Source of the DNA: Desulfurococcales archaeon
GTDB lineage: Archaea; Thermoproteota; Thermoprotei_A; Sulfolobales; NBVN01
DNA: 36,768 nt
Assembly: GCA_021158735.1 (NCBI GenBank)
Contig: JAGGUC010000048.1
Span: 1-36,768, forward strand
Reading direction: 5' to 3'
Shown here: piece by piece, positions 28,561 through 36,768 of the stretch
Numbering within the stretch: the first letter of the stretch is position 1
Layout of the letters: each line of letters begins with the position of its first letter
Notes under the pieces: model-generated
The model's input: only the letters and a program-made list of their open reading frames with translations
Databases searched by the model: none
Told to the model about the DNA's origin: nothing
Made by a program: the position numbers and the translations under genes

Positions 28561-31017
28561 GTGAGTGTGGGGGCTAGAGACATCATACCTGTGAAGCGCT
28601 GGAGCCCCGAGCTAGAGGAAGAACTAATTAGGAAGTGGGAGGAGGAGGGGCTATATAAAAGCGAAGTGAACTTCAGGGAAGACACAAAGTACGTTGTCAT
28701 TGACACCCCACCACCCTACCCCTCGGGAAAATGGGGAGTTGCTCAAGCAGGGCACTACACACAGATCGACATGGTTGCCCGAGCTCTCAGACTTCTGGGG
28801 TACAAAGTACTTGTCCCGTTCTATGCCGACAGGAACGGTTTACCTGCAGAAGTAGCTGTTGAGAAAAAGTACGGCATAGCGGCACATGAAATAGCCAAGA
28901 CTCCTGAGGGCAGGGAGAAATTCTTAGAAATGGTTAGGAAGGTGCTTGATGAATATGAAGAGGATCTTGTCAGAACCTGGAAGCGTCTTGGGTGCCTGTT
29001 CGACTACTGGAGAGACGGCACAGACTCACCTAAGTACAGGAGAGTTACACAGGCAACATTCATTGAGTTATGGAATCACGGGCTTATTTATGAGTCCTAC
29101 AAGCCAGTTACGTGGTGCCCGCGCTGCAGAACCACATTAGCTGAAGCAGAAATTGAATTCAAGAAGAGGAAAGGTAAGCTATACTACATTAAGTTTAAGG
29201 TTAAGGAGACAGATGAGGACATAGTTATAGCTACTACGAGGCCGGAACTCCTTAATGCGTGTGGCGCGGTCATATATAACCCGGCAGATGAGAGGTACAG
29301 GCACCTCAAAGACAAGCACGCCGTCGTTCCACTGTACGGTAAGGTAGTGCCAATAATGGAACATGAATTAGCCAAGCCAGAATTTGGCACTGGCTTAGTC
29401 ATGATGTGCTCGTACGGTGACACTCACGACGTCTGGTTCTTTAGGGAAATGAAAATCGAGCCCACCATAGTCATCAGCCCAGATGGGACAATGAACGAAA
29501 ACGCAGGATTCCTCAAAGGTCTGAAAATAAGTGAAGCGAGGGAGAAGATAGCTGAGAAATTGCTTAATGGGGGATTAATAACTAAGGTGGAGGAGCTAGA
29601 GCATGAAGTGCCTGTCTGCTGGAGGTGCAGGACACCTGTAGAGTTCATTCATATGAAGGAGTACTTCATGAAGCAACTCGAATTTAAGGATAAGTTACTC
29701 AAGGTAGCAGACCGCATGATTTTCAGACCCAGGGAGCATAAGATCAGATTGGAGACGTGGATCAATTCACTGGCTATGGATTGGCCAATATCAAGAACTA
29801 GGTTCTATGGTACTGAGCTACCTATATGGAAGTGCAGTAGATGCGGTTACGTAATCCTCCCCGAGCCAGGCAGGTATGTCAGGCCGTGGAAGGAACCCTC
29901 ACCCGTGCCTAAATGCCCTAAGTGTGGGGCACCCAAGGAAGAAATTATTGGCGAGACAAGAACGTTTGATACGTGGTTTGACTCATCAATTAGCGTACTC
30001 TATATTACGAGGTGGCTAAACGACAGGGAAGTTGCACTCAAGGCACTTGAGCGCTCACTTAGACCCCAGGGTTATGACATCATAAGAACATGGCTCTACT
30101 ACACAATACTTAGGGTATGGCTACTAACTGGTAAACCGCCATTTAAGTGGGTCAGAATAACTGGTATGGGCTTAGATGAGAAGGGCAGGGCCATGCACAA
30201 GTCCTTAGGTAATGTAATATATCCTATGCCGTACATAGAGAAATACGGTGCCGATGCCTTCAGGTACTGGGCTGCTGCTTCAGGAAGGCTTGGAAGTGAC
30301 TATAGATGGTCTGAGAACCTCGTGAAGACTGGGCAATTATTCGCTACTAAACTAATCAACATGGCTAGGTTCATGTCTGTGTTCAGGGATTACAGCAGTG
30401 AGTTCAGGCTGAGGGAAATCGATAAAGCAATGATCAAGTACGCCGTTAGGGTTGCAAAAGAGGTAATTAAGTCTTATGAGGAGCTGGACGTGTTTGAACC
30501 AATACAGAAAATCTATGACTTAGCGTGGAATGTCTTTGCTTCAAATTACTTAGAGACCGTGAAGCCCAGAGCCTACGGGAGGGACAGCTTTAGTGAAGAT
30601 GAGGTTAGGGGTGCTCACTATACGCTTCACAGGGTCTTCAAGTTGATACTTAAGTTACTTTCACCGATCATGCCTTTCGTAACAGATTATATCTGGAGGC
30701 GGCTGTACTCACCTGATAGAAGTGTGCATACTGAAGTAATTAATGAAGAGGAATTGAGATATGAGGGAGGCAGGGAGGAGCTGATCAGTCTCTTAATAAG
30801 GATTAATTCTGCTGTCTGGAAATTCAAGAAGGAACGTAATATGAGATTATCCGATGAGCTTCCCGCAATACTTTATATACCAGCCGAGGGTAAAGGCATT
30901 GTCGATGATATTAAGGTGCTGCATAGGGTGCGTGAAGTAATTGCTGGGAAGCCTGAGAAGTGGGATGTAGTGCTGGACGAGGGCATATATCTAAGGTTGC
31001 TGAGTAAGACTCCTTAA
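28561..31017 (+). CDS. valS: Valine--tRNA ligase (archaeal type)
   Basis: IDTPPPYPSG, WCPRCRTTLAEAE, ATTRPE, FGTGLVM, DWPISRTR, DTWFDSS, RPQGYDIIRTW, AMHKSLGN, YGADAFR. Confidence 0.95.
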   Translation: MSVGARDIIPVKRWSPELEEELIRKWEEEGLYKSEVNFREDTKYVVIDTPPPYPSGKWGVAQAGHYTQIDMVARALRLLGYKVLVPFYADRNGLPAEVAVEKKYGIAAHEIAKTPEGREKFLEMVRKVLDEYEEDLVRTWKRLGCLFDYWRDGTDSPKYRRVTQATFIELWNHGLIYESYKPVTWCPRCRTTLAEAEIEFKKRKGKLYYIKFKVKETDEDIVIATTRPELLNACGAVIYNPADERYRHLKDKHAVVPLYGKVVPIMEHELAKPEFGTGLVMMCSYGDTHDVWFFREMKIEPTIVISPDGTMNENAGFLKGLKISEAREKIAEKLLNGGLITKVEELEHEVPVCWRCRTPVEFIHMKEYFMKQLEFKDKLLKVADRMIFRPREHKIRLETWINSLAMDWPISRTRFYGTELPIWKCSRCGYVILPEPGRYVRPWKEPSPVPKCPKCGAPKEEIIGETRTFDTWFDSSISVLYITRWLNDREVALKALERSLRPQGYDIIRTWLYYTILRVWLLTGKPPFKWVRITGMGLDEKGRAMHKSLGNVIYPMPYIEKYGADAFRYWAAASGRLGSDYRWSENLVKTGQLFATKLINMARFMSVFRDYSSEFRLREIDKAMIKYAVRVAKEVIKSYEELDVFEPIQKIYDLAWNVFASNYLETVKPRAYGRDSFSEDEVRGAHYTLHRVFKLILKLLSPIMPFVTDYIWRRLYSPDRSVHTEVINEEELRYEGGREELISLLIRINSAVWKFKKERNMRLSDELPAILYIPAEGKGIVDDIKVLHRVREVIAGKPEKWDVVLDEGIYLRLLSKTP

Positions 31018-31977
31018 CTCACTATTTAGTTTCTCAATAAGCTCCTTAAACAACCTGTAGGGTATTCTACACCCTGCTGCATGTGGATGACCACCTCCGG
31101 ACCCTCCTAGGCGCACAGCAACCTCTCTCAAGAACCTATTTAGGTCTATGGAGTTCTTACCTGCTCTCAAGCTCATGATCATTAAGTCATTTCTTCTCTC
31201 AGCTGCAATACCTACCTCACAACCTGTTGTCCCCCGAGCATAAACTGCTGCAATACCTAAGCTACCGGGTGGGTCAATAACGTAGGCTATACTTCCATCA
31301 ATATTTACATTACTCCTGACCCACTCATAAAGCATTTCATTGTTGCTTGCCTCAACTAGCGCCTTGACAACCAATTCGCCTAGTTGGGATGGCCTCCTAT
31401 TAACAGATAAGTGCTCAACAACATGCCTCTTAAAGTCGTACATTCTCCTAGACCCTTCTAGACCCTGTATGAGTATCCCTGCCTCGAAGTAAATCTGTCT
31501 TTTATCCCATTTTTCTAGGACATCCTTAACCCAGGGTGTCTCATCTCTGTAGTCACCTATAGCACCATATAGGGCCACCCTTTCATACTCACTACTCAAC
31601 TTACCTAATTTACTATAATACTTGAATGTCAGCTCTGATGCTGACATAGAGAGCGAGTGAACTACATTAATGTTCAATTCACTGAGACTATCACTTATTG
31701 GTTCCGGATGATGGTCTATGTATGTGATATCGCCATCATTGTAGTTATTGAGGGTTGCCAGCAAGTCCTTAATATTGTGCTCACTTAACGCAACGTCAAC
31801 AATGACGACGTCACCTCTAGCAGAAGAAGTAAAGTCCTCTATGAGACCAGCTGGGTGCGTGAAAACCACATTAACTTCGCTGTAATCCCTCCTGAGGGCT
31901 GCCAGCACTAAAGCTGCTGAGCAAATACCATCTGAATCACCGTGTGCAAGGATGGTCAACATGCGTGAAACCACCAC
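30991..31977 (-). CDS. DHH/DHHA1 family phosphoesterase
   Basis: HGDSDG, IVDVA, YIDHH, GAIGD, SLR, GGSGGGHPHAAG. Confidence 0.9.
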   Translation of the reverse strand: MVVSRMLTILAHGDSDGICSAALVLAALRRDYSEVNVVFTHPAGLIEDFTSSARGDVVIVDVALSEHNIKDLLATLNNYNDGDITYIDHHPEPISDSLSELNINVVHSLSMSASELTFKYYSKLGKLSSEYERVALYGAIGDYRDETPWVKDVLEKWDKRQIYFEAGILIQGLEGSRRMYDFKRHVVEHLSVNRRPSQLGELVVKALVEASNNEMLYEWVRSNVNIDGSIAYVIDPPGSLGIAAVYARGTTGCEVGIAAERRNDLMIMSLRAGKNSIDLNRFLREVAVRLGGSGGGHPHAAGCRIPYRLFKELIEKLNSELRSLTQQP

Positions 31978-32034
31978 TGGTTAAACCTATTTAATTTTAT
32001 GTTGTTGGGAAATAAATCATAGAGTTTCCAGTCA

Positions 32035-33063
32035 TTAAAGCCTATTTAGAATTTTTCTTGGAGTGAGGGGGAGTGCCTCAACAACCTGAAAATCACACCC
32101 TAATTTCTTGGCTACCCTAATACTTGTAACTACCTCTCCATCGATGACGAAGGCCTGATCAGACCTTATGAGCTTATCAACCACTGATTCAGGACATGAG
32201 GAAATACTAGCCCAACGGACTAATCCGTCACTAACTTCTTCATAAATTAACTTAGTATTTAGAGCGCGTCTCTGCATTCTCCTAATGTACTGGTAACGAT
32301 CCTTAAAGACCGAAGGACAGTAATGTACATTTATGTCAAGATTTAGATCCTTAACCCACTCAAGAATCTCAATAGCCAACTCCTCTGAACCCTCAGCAGC
32401 TACCCCGCCTGACTTAGTGCGGAAGCCCCTCAACCTCAAGCTAAGGTAATTACCCTCACTGAACTCCAGCTCATTTAGGTTAATAAACTCAACACCAATG
32501 TCGTGAGCTCTCAAAATAAGTTTCTTCATGTCCTCCAGCGTGCCAGGTAATATAGGATTCTCGATACCAACGCTAATAGGGTGCTTAAGGGCCGCCTCCA
32601 GTGCATGCCACGAGTACTCAGCCACAACATGTATTCTCAGCTCATTAAGCCCCACCCTAACTAACTTACTCAGAACGCCGTTATTGATGAGTAAACCAGT
32701 CGTATATAGGTGTATGTGGAACTCACTCCCAAAGAAGTCCTTCAGCATTCTAATAATACTTAGTGTTCTATCTAATCTTACTAATGGGTCACCACCAGTC
32801 AGGCCAACCCCAGTAGAACCTGAGGCAATTAGCTCGCATATTATATCTTTTCTGGAACTTACTGGGCAGTCATTCACATACATTAAATCCCTCCCACGCC
32901 TAGCTGGCGATACCGGGCAGTAGAAGCAATTTTCACTACATATGCCAGTAACGAATATTACAGACTTTAATCCCTTAATGCATAGCTCACATCCTCTAGG
33001 TAGCTGGCCTACCCAGCAACCTAAGTCACTACATGACACCGACTCAGCTGACACAACAGCCAC
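32035..33063 (-). CDS. Radical SAM protein (COG2108-like, uncharacterised archaeal family)
   Basis: LPRGCELC, FVTGICSENCFYCPVS (CxxxCxxC), TGGDPL, FHIHLYT, FINLNELE, VHYC. Confidence 0.9.
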   Translation of the reverse strand: MAVVSAESVSCSDLGCWVGQLPRGCELCIKGLKSVIFVTGICSENCFYCPVSPARRGRDLMYVNDCPVSSRKDIICELIASGSTGVGLTGGDPLVRLDRTLSIIRMLKDFFGSEFHIHLYTTGLLINNGVLSKLVRVGLNELRIHVVAEYSWHALEAALKHPISVGIENPILPGTLEDMKKLILRAHDIGVEFINLNELEFSEGNYLSLRLRGFRTKSGGVAAEGSEELAIEILEWVKDLNLDINVHYCPSVFKDRYQYIRRMQRRALNTKLIYEEVSDGLVRWASISSCPESVVDKLIRSDQAFVIDGEVVTSIRVAKKLGCDFQVVEALPLTPRKILNRL

Positions 33064-33177
33064 CGTTCCCTTCTATATAACACGGTAGACGTCAATCAAT
33101 TTTTGACCTCTAAGTGAAATAAAGTTAACCTATGTGCTGATGGTTCGAGACCGAAGTACTTAATATTTCCCCTACTA

Positions 33178-34461
33178 ATGATCCAGTTAAGGTATCGTAA
33201 CGTGGAAATAAGAGGTATTAGTCTATGTAATCTGGCAGACTACATACCTCTAGTCTTTACTACATCATACATCAGCTACACGATCCTTACAACGTTCTTG
33301 AAGGAGATCTTCACCTACTCATGCCCGAGTATGTACCTGTATATTTACGGTTCAGCGATCTCGACGTTACTCTTAGCCGTATCAATAATTCTTGGTGCAT
33401 CGGTCTCGGGTCTCTACCTAGACCACCTATGGCGGACTGGAAGAGGGTTCAGAATTCTGATCATACTCCTGCTGTCATCAAGTATATTGTTTACAACTTA
33501 CGTAGTGACTACGAGGGGATTAAGTCATGAAATGTTTATCTCCACTAACGCTATTTTTTGGTTTATTACAGGGTTCTTACTAGGTAACTTGCTAACGAAC
33601 ACTAGCTTATATATCAGGTATATCTATGACGTAATGAAGAGAGGCACGACTGTAGGGGTAGGAGTAGGTCTAGGAGCTTTACTTCATTTGGGGCTTGCTG
33701 CTTCAGGACTAAGTGTGGCTTTACTAATAACCACCTGCTTAATTCTCTCAACACTTAGTGCAACTTCACTACTAGCTCATGAAAAGCTGCGTTCGGGGAA
33801 GTACTCAGAAAGGGTAGTTAATGAGGGTGTCTCACTTTACGATATGAGGGTGCTCATGCTCTTAATTCCTATTTACATTTTCTCACTCATGCATGGATTA
33901 ATCATAAGAAGTCACATACTACCGCATGCTAGAGTATTATTAGCTGATGTAGTGCTGAACGAACTAGTAATGAACTTACCCATGCTCATGTCTGTTCTTG
34001 CAGGAATGGTTATGGATTCCTTCGGCAGGAAGGTTGTAGGTATTGCTGGACTTATCGTGCTGGGTATTACATCGGTTTTTATGCTAACGATCTATACGCT
34101 GATAATACCACCTATTGAGATAAGTATACTTACGCTAATTTTCAGCAGGCTCTCGGCAGCCCTCATAACTCCCTATATAATGATCTTGTCAGCCGAAATA
34201 GCACCTAAGAAATTTGCTGGTAAATTCCTGAGCATATGTTATGGAACAACGGCCGCTGGGGTATTAACAGGTGTAGTAACACCTGATATACTCAAGTCCT
34301 TCTACCTACCCACTGCGGTTGGGGCCATGATCCTCTTTACCTCAGTCTACATACTCTACACACTCCCAGAGACCCTGCCTCCCGAGTACCTTAGGCGTAA
34401 GGAGGTTATTAGTTATGTTAAGAAGGCTATGAAGCTCAAAGGTAAGTCCAGATCTTCTTAG
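33178..34461 (+). CDS. Divergent MFS-like membrane protein
   Basis: About 12 hydrophobic segments, motif-A-like GMVMDSFGRK in the C-terminal half, SAEIAPKKFAG, and PETLP after the last helix. Confidence 0.72.
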   Translation: MIQLRYRNVEIRGISLCNLADYIPLVFTTSYISYTILTTFLKEIFTYSCPSMYLYIYGSAISTLLLAVSIILGASVSGLYLDHLWRTGRGFRILIILLLSSSILFTTYVVTTRGLSHEMFISTNAIFWFITGFLLGNLLTNTSLYIRYIYDVMKRGTTVGVGVGLGALLHLGLAASGLSVALLITTCLILSTLSATSLLAHEKLRSGKYSERVVNEGVSLYDMRVLMLLIPIYIFSLMHGLIIRSHILPHARVLLADVVLNELVMNLPMLMSVLAGMVMDSFGRKVVGIAGLIVLGITSVFMLTIYTLIIPPIEISILTLIFSRLSAALITPYIMILSAEIAPKKFAGKFLSICYGTTAAGVLTGVVTPDILKSFYLPTAVGAMILFTSVYILYTLPETLPPEYLRRKEVISYVKKAMKLKGKSRSS

Positions 34462-35197
34462 CTATTTCAAATATTAGCTTGCTGTATGGATGTCCGGGGA
34501 GGTCTCTCACCATCATTTTATCTCCATTATATAGGACTACCTCAGGGTAGTAAGGTATTACCTCAAGTAGTTCAGCACCGCCGAGTTTCCTGGCTACTGA
34601 CTCACCTAGCCTGAGCGCCTCCTCATGAGACTTAGACGGTACCTTATTAACGATCAGCATAACCTTAATTTCTACTAGACTGTAGATCTCCCTGAGGAGC
34701 ACTTCCGCACCTCGCACCTCTATCTTATCAGGGAGGGTGACCAATATAGTAGCATCGCTTGCTACAATAGCGTTAAGTGCTGAGTACTGAGGTCCTGGAG
34801 GCGTGTCTATCAGTATAATATCTACACTGTTGTGGCTGAACTTCTTGATCAGTCCAATTAACTTCTTTAGAGCATTCATTTCCCAGTGCCTATCCTTTAC
34901 AAGCGCCTCTTTAATAGCATCTATTGAAGGATTAGCAAATACTACGAGTAATTTACCCTTAACACCATCATCTATACGTACTATAACGTCATCATCTTCT
35001 GCTTCGCCGTTTAAGTAATCATTTATGAAGTGCTTGACTTTCGGTTCATTAAAGATGTAGTACTGAGTGGGGGCCCTCAAGTCGCAGTCCAGGAGAACTA
35101 CCTTATAATTAAGTGACGCAAGCGCGTAAGCTAAGTTGGCGGCTAGCACTGACTTTCCGCTCCCTCCCCTCTGGGAGTGGATTGCCACCGCCTTCAC
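34436..35197 (-). CDS. MinD/ParA family ATPase
   Basis: Deviant Walker A HSQRGGSGKS, LLDCDLRAP, Walker B ILIDTPPG, IVNKV. Confidence 0.9.
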   Translation of the reverse strand: MKAVAIHSQRGGSGKSVLAANLAYALASLNYKVVLLDCDLRAPTQYYIFNEPKVKHFINDYLNGEAEDDDVIVRIDDGVKGKLLVVFANPSIDAIKEALVKDRHWEMNALKKLIGLIKKFSHNSVDIILIDTPPGPQYSALNAIVASDATILVTLPDKIEVRGAEVLLREIYSLVEIKVMLIVNKVPSKSHEEALRLGESVARKLGGAELLEVIPYYPEVVLYNGDKMMVRDLPGHPYSKLIFEIAKKIWTYL

Positions 35198-35202
35198 TTT
35201 TC

Positions 35203-35604
35203 CTACTCACCCTCGTAGTAGCTCTCAAATTGAGGAATAATGAAGTATACCTTCCTACCTTTCCTCCTCTTAATTACGTACCCTAAAGTTGTGAGTTGAT
35301 TTAAGTAGGCTGACTCTACAGCCCTGGCCCTGCCTGTGTACTTCGCAACATCCTCTGACGTAGCCTCACCACCTAGCTTTGCTAAAGCGATCAGGGTTTT
35401 TCTTAAGTGATCTGGGACTGACAATAATGTAACCACATCTATTATTCCTGTTCTCAGAGCGTCCTCGACATCGGCAACGCTTCTAAGCGTTTGCGGAACT
35501 CTTTGAACTAGTTTCTCTAACAATTCTATAATCTTGTCTAACTTTTTATTGACATCATTTAATAGTGATGTAGCATCAGCACTTGTATTTTTACTATCTC
35601 TCAA
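35203..35604 (-). CDS. Winged-HTH DNA-binding protein with an N-terminal coiled coil
   Basis: LLNDVNKKLDKIIELLEKL coil, then PDHLRKTLIAL...ATSEDVAKYTGRARAVESAYLNQL...GYVIKRRKGRKVYF. TTG start with AGGTG SD. Confidence 0.82.
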   Translation of the reverse strand: MRDSKNTSADATSLLNDVNKKLDKIIELLEKLVQRVPQTLRSVADVEDALRTGIIDVVTLLSVPDHLRKTLIALAKLGGEATSEDVAKYTGRARAVESAYLNQLTTLGYVIKRRKGRKVYFIIPQFESYYEGE

Positions 35605-35741
35605 TTTTAAACACCTATTAATCTTTAACTTAAGGCTTTTAAATTAAGTAGGTTGTCAGGTATCCTAATTTTCCTAAAACTCCAGTAATAAGGGGAAAAC
35701 TCTATTTCTAGCAACACGTAAGTATATTTACGGTGCCGTTC

Positions 35742-36768
35742 TTGAGGGTTGTTGTACTTACTGGCGGGTTCGCCACAAGACTCAGACCACTAACATTAAC
35801 AAAGCCTAAATCTCTTCTTCCAGTACTGGGTAAGCCCTTGCTGGACTGGATCCTTGAAGGCTTAGCTAAGTCAGGACTTAAGGAAGTCATACTTTCGGTT
35901 AGGTACCTTGCCAGCATGATCAAGAGGAGATACGGGGATGGCTCAAGAGTTGGCTGCTTTATCAAGTACGCTGAGGAGGTCAAACCCTTAGGTGATGCAG
36001 GTCCTATACCACTGATCGACAGAGACGTGGGACTGGACTCAACCTTCCTTGTAGTTTATGGGGATGTTTTTAGTAATATTGACTATAAGGACGTCATAGA
36101 GTATCATAAAAAGAGTGGTGGTCTAGCTACTCTGGTTTTAACTAAAGTTGATAACCCCTATAGGTATGGAGTAGCTGTAGTAGATGACGACGGTAAAATT
36201 ACTGACTTCATAGAAAAGCCCCCGAAAAGCCATGCTATATCAAACCTAGTGAATGCTGGGATCTACGTATTTGAACCTGAGGTACTAAAGTACTTTCCTG
36301 AAAAGACACCGTCTAAATTAGCTAAGGACGTCATACCTAAGCTGGTTAGTGATGGCGTCATTTACGGCTACATACATAATGGGCTGTGGTCCGACATAGG
36401 TATTCCGGCAGACTACCTGAGGGCTAACTTTGAAGCTCTAACACACTATTACCCAAAGGGATATATGAGTAAGTCAGCCGATATTAACGGAGCCGAGATC
36501 CTAGACCCTGTATATATTGGTGAAGACGTCATCATTAACTCAGAGTCCATCATAGGGCCCTTCACTATAATTAATAAGGGATGTAAGATAGGAAAACAAA
36601 CCAGAATACTTAATTCAATACTCTTAAGCAACGCCATAGTGGAGGGTTCATCACTGATCATGAAGAGCATAATAGGTGAGAGGTGCTATATAGGGAAGTG
36701 GGTCAGGGTAAGTGAAAACTGTGTAATCGGTGATGAGGTTGTTGTGAGGGACTGCGTATATATAGCAA
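35742..36768 (+). CDS. NDP-sugar synthase (sugar-1-phosphate nucleotidyltransferase with C-terminal left-handed beta-helix); runs off the window edge
   Basis: Not in the ORF track. Manual translation: MRVVVLTGGFATRLRPLTLTKPKSLLPVLGKP...PLGDAG...VVYGDV...YGVA...FIEKP...VNAGIYVF...WSDIG, then hexapeptide repeats. An alternative in-frame GTG start lies at 35733. Confidence 0.92.
   Translation, partial: MRVVVLTGGFATRLRPLTLTKPKSLLPVLGKPLLDWILEGLAKSGLKEVILSVRYLASMIKRRYGDGSRVGCFIKYAEEVKPLGDAGPIPLIDRDVGLDSTFLVVYGDVFSNIDYKDVIEYHKKSGGLATLVLTKVDNPYRYGVAVVDDDGKITDFIEKPPKSHAISNLVNAGIYVFEPEVLKYFPEKTPSKLAKDVIPKLVSDGVIYGYIHNGLWSDIGIPADYLRANFEALTHYYPKGYMSKSADINGAEILDPVYIGEDVIINSESIIGPFTIINKGCKIGKQTRILNSILLSNAIVEGSSLIMKSIIGERCYIGKWVRVSENCVIGDEVVVRDCVYIA

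Overview
A gene-dense archaeal chromosomal window, most consistent with a thermophilic crenarchaeote (Thermoprotei, Desulfurococcales-like). That placement is inferred from GGTGA/GAGGTG ribosome-binding sites, TATA boxes, an mre11-rad50-nurA-herA operon, pelota, archaeal-type ValRS and a C/D box sRNA. Most of the window is housekeeping or metabolic: phosphate transport, double-strand-break repair, two aminotransferases, a Zn/Mn-type ABC transporter with a DtxR-family regulator, a ROK kinase, valS, a DHH phosphoesterase, a radical SAM protein and an NDP-sugar synthase. I saw no CRISPR array, tRNA, rRNA or transposase. Features missing from the ORF track are a double-guide box C/D sRNA (about 2971-3025), two partial edge genes, a frameshifted YkgJ-type pseudogene and a probable frameshift at the OsmC 5' end. 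Three poorly characterised modules stand out. (1) A membrane-tethered winged-HTH regulator beside a secreted all-helical protein rich in N-glycosylation sequons, with palindromes in its promoter (12.4-15.5 kb). (2) A cluster of small low-complexity G/R/W/Y/P/Q-rich proteins with DUF134 and NifB/NifX-type genes and a CATATG-type operator pair (21.4-23.2 kb). (3) A coiled-coil wHTH plus deviant MinD/ParA ATPase operon converging on an atypical MFS-like protein (33.2-35.6 kb). All family assignments come from motif recognition by eye; no searches were run.
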